Shown piece by piece: positions 39,451 to 53,180 of a stretch of 64,000 nt of DNA (position 1 is its first letter; every line of letters begins with the position of its first letter). A program made the translations under genes and the position numbers. The notes beneath the pieces were generated by a model. It ran no database searches. It worked only from the letters and a program-made list of their open reading frames with translations, and had not been told where the DNA came from. This DNA comes from the human T2T-CHM13v2.0 reference genome, Homo sapiens: NCBI RefSeq assembly GCF_009914755.1, contig NC_060925.1. The stretch is one strand, 5' to 3'.

Positions 39451-40999
39451 AAGCAGACAAACAACACCGAGCAGAGCATATTCTTAAAGGTTCCTGGTAG
39501 GTCTTATATCTTACTCAGTATTCTCAGTCAACCAGAGGTATTAGTTTACCAAACGTGGAGATTAATTCATGCAAATTTATGGTTATTAATGTATCCAGGC
39601 CAGGGAGTACATTGTTCAAATCGGGATTAGTTTTTAGATATTTTGTTGTTTCACACGGTTGGCAATTAAAACATATTTATACACTAATTGCATTAATGCA
39701 AACTCCATCAACCCAAACCTTTCTAACTATCCTTTTTGAAGTCTGCCCATGCAACATCAGCGAGGCAAGCAGAAGCCCTGGGCACCAGGTGGGAGGGGAC
39801 TGCCCTTCAGTCCATGGTAGCCTAGGCCCCTGGGAGCACAGGCTGGGGCAGCGAGAGGGTGGATGCTTCCAGACAGACCCTGACTCCCTCCACATGGCTG
39901 CCTGGATGTGACACAGGCCCAACCAAAGCTATGGACAAAACCCCCAGCTCACTCCCACAGGAGGGGATGGCTGGTTAGGAGACTGTTTTTTGAGGGTTGG
40001 TTTCATCATTTTAAGCAATGTGTTGATGTTTTAAACATCCTATCAACTCTTTGAAGAAAGTAAACTTATGGATCCAATCACAACATGGATGTGGAAGGGG
40101 CGGGAGGCCCATACCAGTGGGCTTCTGCCTGCTGTGAACACAGGGTGATCAGGTGGAAATTCATTTAACAGTGACTTCCTCCACATGTCTTTAGGAATTC
40201 GAAAGTGTGGAGAAAGTGAAGCGCCTCTGAGCAAAGGCACGGGAAGGGCCCACACCTGTGTCTACCTCAGTTCCAGCAGGGAGCTGATGCCTGTCACAGG
40301 GGCAGCACTACTGGAGAAGCATCCAGCAAGGTGCGGCTGAGGTGGGACCAATTCTCAAAAAAACTACGATTAAAAAAAAGATGTTCTCTTTTGCCTTTAT
40401 TTCTTGCTATAGTGGGAACGTGAGTTCTGCTACCTGGGGCTGAGTGCACTGGGCAGCAGGCCCAGCAGACGGGGCCTGCAGGGGGAAGGCACGGCTGGAG
40501 GCCCGTGCGCACCGCCACTCTCCTGGAACCGCTGCTGGCCGAGCCACAGCCCTGCGGAAATTCTACTGCGTGTGGCAGAGACCGATGTGCAAAAGGTTTC
40601 TGGTGAATGTTTTATGGAAATTGCTCCAAGCACTAAGGAAAGCGGGACCGTGCCTGTGCTGACCGTGGCCTTGCGCGAGCGCCTCCCTGGCGGTGCTCTC
40701 TGGCTCTCTCCAAACAGGACGCTTCCTTCTCTGATTCTAAGGAAGGCCTGAGACAGCCCTGAAGGCTTAATGTACAGTGCGGCCAGGTCCTGGCACTGCA
40801 CGCAGGATCTTTGGTTAGCTGCATCCATATCGTTTGCACGAGAGCTGACGGCACAGACGCGTAAGAGGCGTGCACGGCGGGGAGCTGGGGACAGCAGCCA
40901 GAGCATGGGGCCACCAAGGCCAGAGAGTTCTGGAGAGATGGTGTAGAATCAGGAGACCCGCTCCATCCCTCACAGAGACCAAGGAGCCCGAGCGCCGCG

Positions 41000-41115
41000 T
41001 CAGCGCTTGGCGTACGTCCTGCTGGAGCTCTTGCTCAGTCCGCCCTTCGGGGTGGGGATCTTGCTTCCGGCCTTTGACCCCAAGGGGCCTGATGCGGCCA
41101 CAGCTGAGCTTTTCC
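41000..41115 (-). CDS. CEP104: CEP104 last coding exon (22)
   Basis: gcag|GG AAA; [37 protein letters not shown] stop. Contains the SKIP (SxIP) EB-binding motif. Confidence 0.93.
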
Positions 41116-41876
41116 CTGCAGAGCAAGCACAGGACCCGCATTAGGAGGGGCACTCCTACCCACGGACCAGGTGCAGAACCTGTGGCCACAGACACCCAGC
41201 AACAATGTCCCAGGCCCATGCTGATGGCCGTCACCCGACTACAGGAGCCAGGGCTGAGCCTAGTAGGGTCTACTCTTCAGCTTCCTATTTTTTTTTTTTT
41301 GTTGAGACAGAGTCTCACTCTGTCACCCAGGCTGGAGGGCAGTGGCGCAATATTGGCTCACCACAACCTCCACCTCCCGGGTTCAAGCAATTCTCCTGCT
41401 TCAGCCTCCTGAGTAGCTGGACTATAGGTGCCGGCCACTGTGCCCGGCCAATTTTTTATAGGGTTTCACCATGTTGGCCAGGCTGATCTCGAACTCCTGA
41501 CCTCAAGTGATCTGCCTGCCTTAGCCCCCAAAGTGCTGGGATTATAGGCGTGAGCCACTGTGCCTGGCCAGCTTCCTGATTCTAAACACTTGAGTCAGTG
41601 ATGTAGAAAGAGCGGAGGACGGGAGTGTTAATCCTAGGCCACCCGTGGAGCCTTCGCACTGCACAGCCAGTATGCAGGTGGAGAAGGATTTTGGTCACAC
41701 GATTCTGATTATTAGCCTGCTTACTAAGGAACCAGAACACGAAGACAGGCTTGGATGCTTTATTTTGCTTTTAAAGGGATGGGGTCTTGCCATGTTGCCC
41801 TGGACGGGGATGCTCTTTTGAATAAGTCAAAATGGAGGGATGCAGACTACACCTGCTCAGCGGCGCTGTCCCTCAC

Positions 41877-41967
41877 CTGGCTGCAGTGCCGGGGCCTTCT
41901 GCAGAATGTGTGTCTTGCGCAGGTTCATCGTGCAGCCGGCTGGGCCCATCAGGTGAGCTTTCCATGC
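41877..41967 (-). CDS. CEP104: CEP104 exon 21
   Basis: gcag|GCA TGG ... CCA G|GTGAGG; AWKAHLMGPAGCTMNLRKTHILQKAPALQP; 91 nt. Confidence 0.93.
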
Positions 41968-44900
41968 CTGCAGCAGAGGAGGCACACAGAGTGTTAATCA
42001 GGCGAGACGGACCTGGCACGCTACCTGAGACCCAAAAGGACTCGCTGTGTAAGCTGAAAACGAGGGCGGCCGCTCCAGCAAGAGCCGCAGAAGAACGGCT
42101 CCCTCACCTGGGCACCTCCCTTCGGATATGTTATGATAGCCTCTGCAGTCTGTGCAGGGTACAACTCAGGAAGCAAGAAGTCCTGTCACCAGGCAAGCCT
42201 GCATCTCGCATCCCCACCCAGCCACACAGGGCCCTTGGTGTCAGTGACTCTGAGCACAGCAGAGCGTGCACGCAAATGCAAGGGTGAGAAGCAGAGCGCC
42301 CGCGTGATTACGTTCCAGGCCAGAAGACAGAACGCGCCAGGCACCGCGGGCTCCCCGCCAGCCTGCTGCCCACGGTTCCTCGTGGGGTTCCCACTCTCTT
42401 CATCCCTGCTCTTCCTGAGCCACGCCACATGCACTTGCCCTGCAGAATGTGGGGCTTATGCAGGCCTGACTGCCTGGGCAGCCAGCTTCTTTCCTTTATG
42501 ACCAGCTGTGGGACCGTCTGCATGGGGACAGGGAGCTCATCTCGTCCTCCTGTTGGATATAAACGCGGGATCGCTGGTTCCCTGAGTCTTCTGGACATTC
42601 GAGTTGTTCCTGGTTCCTTCCCTTCTATTTAAACAACACTCACGAGGCTGGGCGCGGTGGCTCACGCCTGTAATCCCAACACTTTGGGAGGCAGAGGTGG
42701 GTGGATCACCTGAGGTCAGGATTTTGAGACCAGCCTGGCCAGCTTGGTGAAACCCCGTCTCTACTAAAAACACAAAATTAGCTGGGTGTGGTGGCGCATC
42801 TCGTGTCCCCAACAGCTAATCCCAGCTACTCAGGAGGCTGAGGCAGGAGAATTGCTTGAACGTGAGAGGCGGAGGTTGCAGTGAGCCGAGATCACATCAG
42901 TGCACTCCAGCCCGGGCAACAGGGTGAGACTCCATCTCAAAAACAAACAACGCTTCCCAGGGACACTGCTCCAGCCGCTCTCCCATTCTCTGGTGGACCA
43001 GTATCTCCACCAGACACAGCCCTGCTTCTCCCTGGTTCCTCTCTCACTCTCACCAGTGGCTGTCAGTTTCTGGCCACCTGCGGCAGCCCTCAAGATACTA
43101 GAGCGCTTGCAGCCCCAGCCCAGCCCACTCCTGTCCCGCTTTAGCTGCTCCCGGCAGGCCTGGGTTCTGGTCTCTCCAGGCCACTGGCAACCTTCGTGTC
43201 CCTAAAGCTGGGGCGCCTTCTCACCAGAATGTGGCCCACCGGCACATGGGGTGCAGTTGCTTCCCCCTCCCCCGTGGAGGGACATGACCTGCTCTAAGGC
43301 TCCAATTCCTCCCTCCCCAGCACAGAGGTGGCAGGTCCCTCTCCATCCCTTGAATCTGGGTGACTGTGGCTTGCTTTGGCCAATGGGACAGTGGCAGACA
43401 CGTCGCAGGGCAGGCTGAAATGAACTCATGCGCCTGGGCTTGTCTTGCTGTTGCCCTCTGCTGCTGTCGCGAGAACGCCATGCCCAGGCTGGCGTGCTGG
43501 GCTCAGACACAGAAAGCAAAGCTGAGGTGCCGCAGCTGCCTCCAAGACCATTCTCAATCAGTCTCCGGCTGCGGACCCCAGGCACACGCGTGTGTGAGCC
43601 CAGTCAGGGCCAGCAGAGCCGCCTGGCCGCCCTATGGCCAAGTGCAGATGCAAGAGCCAGGCGGCTGCGATCAGCTGAACCCAGCCAGGCCAGCAGGGCA
43701 TCCTCTCTGATGGGCTGTGCTCTGGGGCCTCCAGGACGCCACCCTCGTCAGGCTTCCTCCCCAGTGCATTTCTTCCCCAGCGCCTGGTTTGCCTTCTTCC
43801 TCCCACTCTGCCTGGGGCTTCTCCTCTGTCTACACTTGCTCTTTAGAAGAGTGCTCCCAGTATCATGACCTTAAACCCACTTCTTATACACGCTTACAAA
43901 CCCCACATTTCCACCTGCAGCCACCTGTCTACCGGCCTGCGCGTCTGACAGGGATTTTAACTCCACAGCTCCAGGCTAAGCTCCTGAGCGCCCTGGATTC
44001 CTGACCGCAGTTACTTCCTTGCCATGTTGTGAGGACTCCACCGGCCAAGTCCTGGGTCTGCCTGCAGTGTGTGTCCAGAATCTGACCACTTCTCGCCACT
44101 TAGCTCTCTGCTACTACCCGACCTCTCTGTCCCACAGGCTGCTCTCAACAGAGCAGCAAAACTGGCTGGCATAGGGCCCGCCAGGTCATGCCCACTCTTC
44201 CGCTCAAACCCTGCAGGGACATTGCCTTCCACTCACTTTGAAGAATAATGGTCAATGATTTTTCATCCCCAGCATTGTCTTTCAGTCTATTTATGTTCTT
44301 TGATGAAGAGGAGGTTCTCACCTTTTACAATTTAATAGTTTTATTATAAAATGAGTGTACAGTTCAGTAGTGTTAAGCATGTTCACGATGCTTAACTCCA
44401 GAACTCTTTTCATTTTACAAAACCCAAACTCTGCCCCAAGGTTCTTCATTTTAATCTAATTGAATTGATCTGCCTCTTCCATCAAGGCTTAAGCTTTCTG
44501 TGTCCTGTTTGAGAAATCCCTTCCTATTCTGAAGGCTATTCTCTTATCTCTAGCATCTCCTGAGAGATTCATAATTGGGCCTTTCACATTTGAATCTCAG
44601 ATCCACTCGGAGCTTTCTTCTGAGCAGTGTGGAGGGTGTCAAACTTCACTGTTTATCCCCCTTCACATTCAGAAAAATTCCAGATGTTAGAATTAGCACA
44701 AAAGGACTTTAAAGCAGATACCTAGTATGTTCAAGGACTTGAACGTGCAATGAAGTGCTACTGATCTATTAGAACCCGGGCGAACCTTGAAAACACGTTA
44801 AGTCAAAGACACAAAGGCCGCATAGTGTCTGATTCCATTTACAGGAAATGTCCACAGTAGGCAAATCCATGGAGACCAAAACTAGACATATGGTCGCCAG

Positions 44901-46057
44901 GGGCTGGAGAGGGGGCTGGGGAGAAAAGGGGCGGCATGTAGGCAGTGTTGTCTTTTGGGTGATGGAAAAGTTCCACACGTGTGCAGATGGTTGCAGAACC
45001 CTGAATACATGAAAACCCACTATCTGTCCACGGGGAGAGGCTGTGCAGACTAGATCTCCATGAAGCTGTTAAAAACAGGTGATCTTAATGAGTGAACAGA
45101 GGTGAATCTCAGCAGAGAAATGAAACCTGTAAAGAAATCCCAGCCAAACACAAATACTAGAATTGGAAAGTACCAGATTGAAAATGAATTCACTTAACAG
45201 AGGACTGGAGATGGAAGGAGAAAGGGCAGGGGCCATTCAACTAGAACAGAAAGGAAACACTGGACAAAGCCCAGTGACCCACAGAAGATTGAGCAGTCTT
45301 CACACTCACGAGCCTGCAGGCAGGAGAGAAGGGAGGGAACGCTGAAGAGAGGAAAAATATTTGAAGAACGAATGGCAAAACAATTCACACGAAATTAGAA
45401 AGACGTGTCTCAGCAGGCTGGAGTGGCAGAGTCTCCTGCTGGCCTCGAGGAAGTGAGCTGCCAGCAGAGAGGCCCCCGGTGCTGACGGTGGGGGCCTCTA
45501 GGAGTTGAGTGGCTCCGGGTTGACAGCCCCCAAGAACATATTACTGCCAGCTGCTGGGATGAGCCTGGAAGTGAGTCCTTCCCTAGCAGGGCTGACAGAT
45601 GAGAATGAAGCCTGGCTCCGGACCCAGGGAACCCGTGAGGTAATGAGTGAGTGTGTTTTCTGCTTATGCTGAAGGGTGTGTGGTGATGTGTAAGGCAGTG
45701 CAGATAATGAGATACAGGGAAAGCAGATGACACATGAGATACGCCTGGTGACAGCCTTACAGGTACTACCTGTAAGAGGATGTCAATTCAAATCAGATGT
45801 TGGGAACAAGAAGGGAAGGAAGAAAAGGCAGTTACAGGAGAATGTGAGTACTGCTCCTAGTAGGAAACCAATGGCAATAACTGAAATCAGAGGGGATGAT
45901 GGGCATTGCACGGGAGGACAAGTAAAGGTAACAACTCGAATGCAAACACAAAGGCTCCCACATTCTGGAGATAACCAGGGGAAAAGATGTATGTGCAGTG
46001 AAAACTGCTTCTATTGGGTAGAAAAGGGGCAGGATGCCCTGTAGGAAAAGCAGCCCC

Positions 46058-46198
46058 TGGAGGAAGGCGGATGGAAGCGGGGCAGGACGGCGCCTCTGTC
46101 TGGGGTGGAGGAAGGCAAATGGAAGCGGGGCAGGACGGCGGCCTCTGTCTGGGGTGGAGGAAGGCAGATGGAAGTGGGGCAGGATGGCGGCCTCTGTC
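46058..46198. repeat. Three copies of a 48-49 bp G-rich repeat
   Basis: tggaggaaggc..atggaag..gggcagga.ggc starts at 46058, 46106 and 46155. Confidence 0.9.
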
Positions 46199-48802
46199 CA
46201 GGGTTCTTCCAAGATGCCTGATTCTATCGACCCGGAAACATGTCTTCTGTAATTACAGAACTTAATTCTTTAAAGTCCCCTAGAAATGTAATATAAAATG
46301 AATGTATTTACAGTTGGTGGCACTGCTAGCCAGGGCTCACCCAAGTCCCTCCAACACAGGGCCACTGGGACCCCCGTCACCAGTGGCAGATGTGGTCAGG
46401 ACAAGAACTGGGAACAGATCTAATTTCCAGTGGCATCTCCTGCTGGCGGTGCAGGTGCCACTGTGCTGGGGCTGCCCCAGGTGCAGTGGGGGCCAAGGTG
46501 AACTGGTCGCCTCCAATACCTGAATTCTGTCTCCTGGGCCTTTGGAAACCGGGGCCCATGGATGTAAGAAAGGAGACACAGATGTTGGGAGAGACAAGGT
46601 TAAATAAAGCCTGCAGCTCAGGACGGGAAGGGGAAGTGTGTGTGCATGAGTGATGGAGCTTACTTCCCTTGATTTCTCCTGGCTGTGTCCACTGAGAGTC
46701 CAGCCACAGCGAACTACCCAGCAGCAGTGGGCATGAGGCCCCCAGCGCTGTCCTGAGACATCCATTCCTGCTAATGGGAACCAGGCCTCTGTGCCCAGAT
46801 GGCTGATTCCAGGTCCGGGGCAGGAAGGCACCAAACAGGAGGGAGCTCTCTGAGGCTGCGTGGCTCTCATCCAGGCCTCAGGAGCCCAGCTGAAGAGTCT
46901 GCCATAGGCTAGAGCTGGGATAATTCACGCATCACTAAGCATGGTAACTGCTGTGACTGGAACACATTGAATAATTTAAATCCATGGTTCATAACGACAC
47001 TACAGACAAAACAAAACAAATTAGCTGCCATGGAAGATGCTAGTGACCCAGCTTACTATTCTGAAAACCAGTAAACCAAGGAAAAAAATTAAACCTTCAC
47101 TCTGCCTTTCCAATAGAAAGTCTAACCTAGGGTCACCACAGAGTGGACGAGCTTCTGCTTAGAGGAATATCCCAGCAGATGAACGAAGGAGGGATGACAG
47201 AATGAGGCCCCTCCTGAGTCGGTGGGTTAGGCCTTGAGCCTCAGCAGCTGCCACCGTCACACATATCACGCGCCTCCCGGGGGACACACCAGCATCGCCT
47301 GTGAAGCGGCCACACTCACACCGAGCCTGTGCACACCTGATGAGGCCCAGAGATCCCACCTCCTGTTTACAGGAAATACAGGGACAGAGAAACAGGTTAA
47401 GCGCCCCCAAGGGGACGTAGTCAGCAGATCCAGACGATGAGAAGCCCTACGGGGCAAACAGCTCCTTCCTTCACCAAGTGAATCATAAGGAAAAAGAACG
47501 AGAGAATGAACCTGTTCAAAACAGACCAACCAGGCACCGGGGCCTTCTATGGATCCCGGTAATCAGATGCTTCTGACCTGATGAGATGGCGGCAATGTGA
47601 CTGACGTCTGGAAGGCTGAGGCTGCTGCTGTGGCTGTGTAAAGAAGTCCCGATTCCGAAAGCTCCGACGGGAACATTTACAGATGCAACAACGTGCTGTC
47701 TGGGTTGGCTTCAACATTACACGAGAGGGGAGCACGTGGGGGCACGGGAGAAACAAGACGGGCTGAGTTGCTAGTTGCGCAAGCTCAGTGACCGTGACAA
47801 GGGAGAGTCCTGAGGGTTTCTGTCACTTTTCTGTGTACTCTGTGATGCATTTCAAACTCTGAGAGAGAGAGACTGACAGACAGACAGAGGGACACAGAGA
47901 GCCAGATAACTGGGTAGACACCAGCGCTGAGAGCGGCTGGGGGCTGTCTTCTCTGTTTGGTGTGAGTTTTCTGGGGTCAAGAGAAAGCTACAGTGGCTGG
48001 GTTGGAGCCATTTTGCTGGTACCATATCCCAGAAGGCTGGGACAAGGGGAGCCAGCAGCAGGACACAGTGACACACTGCAGGTGGCAGGAGCTAAGGAGG
48101 TTGGAGTGGAAGTGGCTGAGCCAGATTCCCAAACTGGGTCCTGAGCAGGGCCCCAGGGCTCAGCATTCGCTGCCTGGCATAAAGAGGGCACCGCCAGCCC
48201 ATCGTGTTGGACAGGGCCAGAATAATTGCCACGGAGCCTTGCACGCCCATGTTCCTCCTCGTCGCCTCCAATGCCAGAGGAGCCGAGCACGTGGGGAAGT
48301 GGAGGGTGGGCGTGTACGAGGCGGCCGTCCCCACTAAGCCTGCTGAGTCACTGCATAGTGCACTGGGGCAGGGAGGAGAGCTTGGAATCAGGTAGGAAAG
48401 AGAATCGTTTAACCAAATAGGGCTGGGTTTTATTAGGCAAAAGGGACCGCAGTGTTACAGAATCTGGGCAAGATGTCACTGAGGGTCTCATTATCTGGAT
48501 AAAGGCAATGACCAGAACAAAATAAAACCATTTCATGCTGTATCCCAGTGACACAGGCTGGGCCTCAGTGAGTTGAGGCTCCTCGATAAACCATTCATAA
48601 ATGTACGGAAGGAAATCATGTGAACACGTAGGTAAACGGAACGACTGCTCAGACAGGGCTCACTAGACGCTGTCCCCTCCCTGAACACTCATGTACTGTA
48701 CTCTGTGGCTATGGTCCCGCACTGACACCACCACTGTCACCACCACTGCCATCCACAGGTGTGTCACCTACTTCACTGGTCCCTTCTCCCCAGGCCCCTC
48801 AC

Positions 48803-48870
48803 CTCTTCTCCAGGGCTGAAGTTCTCATGACACAGGGGACACCGGTTTGCCAGCTTCTCCGGTTTGGCAG
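48803..48870 (-). CDS. CEP104: CEP104 exon 20 (zinc finger array)
   Basis: ttcag|CT GCC ... GAG|GTGAGG; AKPEKLANRCPLCHENFSPGEE; 68 nt. Confidence 0.94.
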
Positions 48871-49052
48871 CTGAAATGATTTTAAAAAGACTCAGTCGCT
48901 CCCTGAATGACAGGCGACAAGACATGCTGCTGGCCTGCCCGCAGGTGCCCTTTAATTCACCAAGCCCTTGCACAGGCTCAAGAGCAGTGGCACTTCCTCC
49001 AAGAGGACCCCTGGTGACCCGAGGGCACGGGAGCCTGGGAAGGGGCACTCAC

Positions 49053-49191
49053 GGTTGCAATCCTTGTGTTTTATGTGTCTGGGCAGCTCTTCCTTGAAAA
49101 CAGCCTCACTGCAACGGTAACACTTTCCAAACCCGTCTTTTTTGTCACATTCCGTCAGCAAGTGCTCCGTCAGACTGGATATCTCGACCAC
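49053..49191 (-). CDS. CEP104: CEP104 exon 19 (zinc finger array)
   Basis: ccag|GTG ... AAC C|GTGAGT; VVEISSLTEHLLTECDKKDGFGKCYRCSEAVFKEELPRHIKHKDCN; 139 nt. Confidence 0.95.
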
Positions 49192-49734
49192 CTGGATTTC
49201 GAAATACAGAGCAAAGCATGTTGCTGAGAAAGCGGCAGCGCCCTCCAGCCAGCCTGCAGAGCCTGTGAGCGCCTCCCCTGCCCAGGGAGGTCTGTGCCGC
49301 CTGCACATGAAGTAAGCCACAGGCTTCTATCTTCGGCATTTGCCCACAGACTGTCTGGAGTCACTTGTGATACTTTGCTGAAGACCCCACGTCCTTCCTT
49401 TCCTGTCATCTTAGCATCGGGCAGGGGCCACTGTCAAGGATGGGGAAGCTACGGTCGGCCTGAGTGTGAAGCTTGGATGAGGGCGCAGAGTGGCTCAGTG
49501 GTTACAGTGTGGCCCAAGGTTGAAATTGTGGCTCCCCGCTATTTCTAAGAATGCACACAGAAACAGGACCACAGAAAAGAATTTTAAGAGATTCTCTCGC
49601 TACGTTGGTGTCTCTGGCAGGAATGACTTGTATATACTCTATAACTTCAGGCCGCAGGACTTGACACACTGTGAGCCAGTTCAACCTCTTTTCTTCATAA
49701 ATTATCCAGTCTTAGGGATATATATATTTTTTGA

Positions 49735-49893
<159 letters not shown>

Positions 49894-50418
49894 TAGTAGA
49901 GACGGGGTTTCTCCGTGTTGGTCAGGCTGGTCTTGAACTCCTGACCTCAGGTGATCCGCCCGCCTCAGCCTCCCCAAGTGCTAGGATTACAGGCGTGAGC
50001 CACCTGCCCAGCCAGGTATTTCTCTATAGTAATGCAAGAAAGGCCTAATATAGGGGATGGGGAAGACTTGTTACACAGGACACGAATAGCATGAACCATG
50101 AAAAAGACTGGCAAGGTGGGCAATGCTAACATTAAAAATGCGTCTCTTCCTCAAGACACTTCAGACAGCGAAGACTGCATGCTGTGGAGTGGGAGCAGAT
50201 GGTCACAATTCATGCGACTGACCAACCACTCACATCCACGTGTATAAAGAACGGCCCCAAATCAATAAAAACAGACGGACAACCCGAGGGAAACCGGTGA
50301 GAAACCAGGTGCTTTGCAGGACAGCCAAGGCCTGCAGACAAAAGGACAGGCACTCCACCTCATCTTCACCAGGGACAGGCACAGGGGGAACTCACCAAGA
50401 CAGCAGGAAGCATGGCCG

Positions 50419-50827
50419 CAGTGCCACTGTGGGAAGGGGGCAGTGGCACGGTGGGAAGGGGGCAGTGGCACCGTGGGAAGGGAGGCAGTGGCACCGTGGG
50501 AAGGGTGGCAGTGGCACCGTGGGAAGGGGGCAGTGGCACTGTGGGAAGGGGGGCAGTGGCACTGTGGGAAGGGGGCAGTGGCACTGTGGGAAGGGGGACA
50601 GTGGCACTGTGGGAAGGGGGCAGTGGCATTGTGGGAAGGGGGCAGTGGCACTGTGGGAAGGGGGGCAGTGGCACTGTGGGAAGGGGGCAGTGGCACTGTG
50701 GGAAGGGGGGCAGTGGCACTGTGGGAAGGGGGCAGTGGCACTGTGGGAAGGGGGGCAGTGGCACTGTGGGAAGGGGGCAGTGGCACTGTGGGAAGGAGGC
50801 AGTGGCACTGTGGGAAGGGGGCAGTGC
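50419..50827. repeat. 22/23-bp G-rich minisatellite, about 18 copies
   Basis: Unit cagtggcactgtgggaaggggg(g). Confidence 0.96.
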
Positions 50828-51409
50828 CTGTGCTGCTGGCAGTGGTGCCCAGGCACAACCCCTTTGGAGTACTCCTGGGCAGCCCCACTGAGCATCAGCA
50901 CACCTGGCAATCCCACAACACATTGTGAACCCAAGAAAGTGCATTCCTGTGCATCCTGGAAGACACCAGAACGCTGTGGCAACATTGTTTATCATGGTCC
51001 CAAACTGGACGCAGCCCTGGCGCACAGCGGAAGGTGGATGAAGGTGCTGTGGTCCATTCAAGCAGTGGACACTATAAAGCAAGAAATCCAACATGACGCC
51101 ACATGGTTCCGTTTCTACAAAGCTCAAAGAGCAAGGAGGACCCATTTGTGGTGTCAGAAATCAGACCCCTGCTGACTCTGGAAGGAGCCCCGAGGGGAGG
51201 TGGCGGCACAGCATGTTTCCGGTTCACTGGGCTGTCTGTCATATGGAATGACTCGCACGCATTTGCAGGTGTGTGCTTGGCTTCAGTTACTTTTCTCGCA
51301 ACCTCTCCTCTGAAAATACTAAGACTTGGGACAGCTTTTTGACTCGGCCTTTCAACAGCCAGGTGTTCCCGCTCATGCAAGTAGCTGGCTGCTGTGCCGC
51401 TGGCCTGAC

Positions 51410-51518
51410 CTGTTTGCAGTGGTCACATCTTGTCAGCATGAGACAGTGCTTCCAGTAGTGGAGATCCAGACCTTCCTCTGTGAAGGATTCACTCCTTTCC
51501 CCACAAAAAATACACAAA
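51410..51518 (-). CDS. CEP104: CEP104 exon 18 (zinc finger array)
   Basis: ttcag|T TTG ... CAG|GTCAGG; LCIFCGERSESFTEEGLDLHYWKHCLMLTRCDHCKQ; 109 nt. Confidence 0.95.
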
Positions 51519-52021
51519 CTGAAAGCAAAGCAAAGCAGGAAATAAAGGTAAGGATCTAGTTCCACTGATGGCCGTTCCGCTCCCACGTCACGAGGAAATT
51601 CTGAATTTCCCCAGTCCCTGTGATGTGTGCACTTTCCCTCTCATCTGGAACTGCCTCAGTTTGCTCTGCAGGGCCCGGGCTGGGCCTCCCTTGCAGGTGG
51701 CAGAGGAGGCTGGGTGTGCCATGTGTTAAAGCACGATAGGAAAGTCCTCACCAAGGAGGTGCCTGAAATCAACGGGCGAACGATCCTTCTGAAATTTCAC
51801 TCAGCATCGTCAAGCAGAAAGGATATTTTAAGTTACAATAAACAGAGGGAAAGTTGTCTTGACTGACTCGGAGTGGATGCTGGTTAGTGCAGAAGGCACA
51901 TTTCCTACCTTTTATGATGACTACGAAGGGCCAACTAGGGAGGACGCATTCCCTTTCCAGGGTTTCTGTGTGGCTGGTTGCCCTGACCATCGTACAATGG
52001 GTGGAAGACAGCGCGACTTAC

Positions 52022-52088
52022 TTATCTAGATAGTGCTCATCCGGGATTCCCAGAGCTTCAGCAGGGGCTGCTTTCCCTCCTTGAATGT
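52022..52088 (-). CDS. CEP104: CEP104 exon 17
   Basis: ttcag|AC ATT ... GAT AA|GTAAGT; IQGGKAAPAEALGIPDEHYLD; 67 nt. Confidence 0.92.
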
Positions 52089-52359
52089 CTGAAGAGATTA
52101 AAACAATTTAAATAACTTTTTATAGAAATTATTTTCAAAATTTTAGTAAGCAGTTTGATGTGAGCTCTAAAACGATTATACAAGTAAAAAGGTAGCGTGT
52201 TTTCCATTCAGCTGGGAGACGGCTGAGGTGCAGCAGGCGTGCAGTGATACTTGCTGAATGGACAGAAGCCGTTCCCACATGGAGCTTCCATGACATGCAT
52301 TTACACACCCCGATTCTTTACACACCCCAGTTCTTTGTGCACCCCAATTCTTTACATAC

Positions 52360-52396
52360 CCTGATTCTTTGGCTTCACAGCATCACTTTCTTTTTC
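52360..52396 (-). CDS. CEP104: CEP104 exon 16 (37-nt small exon)
   Basis: ttag|GAA AAA ... CAG G|GTATGT; EKESDAVKPKNQ; restores phase between its neighbours. Confidence 0.9.
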
Positions 52397-53048
52397 CTAA
52401 GACACAGAAACAGTGAGGTCAGGGGCAAAGGGCTGCAGTGTGAGTGAGTGAGAGCCTGTTGAAGATATGTTTTCATCATGAAAGCACATTTCTGGGTTTT
52501 GTTTTAGAATTTCTACTGGCTGGGCAAGGTGGCTCATGCCCGTAATCCCAGCACTTTGGGAGGCCAAGGTGAGTGGTGGATTGCTTGAGCTCAGGAGTTA
52601 AGACCAGCCTGGGCAACATGGCAAACAAAACCCTGTCTCTACAAAAAAGTACAAAACTTAGCTGGGTGTGGTGGCGTGCCCTGTAGTCCCAGCTACTCAG
52701 GAGGCTGGGGAGGGAGGATCACTTGAGCCTGGGAGGTGGAGGCTGCAGTGAGCTGAGATCATGCCACTGCAGTTTCTCTCAAACTCAACCACTGACTGTG
52801 GAAAACACATGCAGAAGTGCAATTCTAGTTCCACAGACACCCACCCTGCCCCTAAAAAGAGCACAATTTTGTTCTTATTATCATTATTTTTAGACAGGGT
52901 CTCACTCTGTTGCCTAGGTTGGAAGTGGTACAAACACAACTCACTGCAGCTTTGGCCTCCTGGGTGCAAGCCATCCTCCTGCCCCAGCCTCCTGAGTAGC
53001 TGGGATTACAGGTGCTCACCACCATGTCTGGCTAAGTTTTTTTTTTAA

Positions 53049-53180
<132 letters not shown>

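Noticed and set aside
44280-45400. A-rich segments resembling coding sequence
   Set aside because: Appear to be degraded L1 fragments without an intact ORF.
50240-51175. 200-311 aa ORFs in all six frames
   Set aside because: Stop-free minisatellite translation.
52196-52262. 10-bp stem (TCCATTCAGC/GCTGAATGGA) followed by ACA on the CEP104 strand, like an H/ACA hairpin
   Set aside because: No clear H box or second hairpin; one arm resembles an L2 3' end; likely chance.
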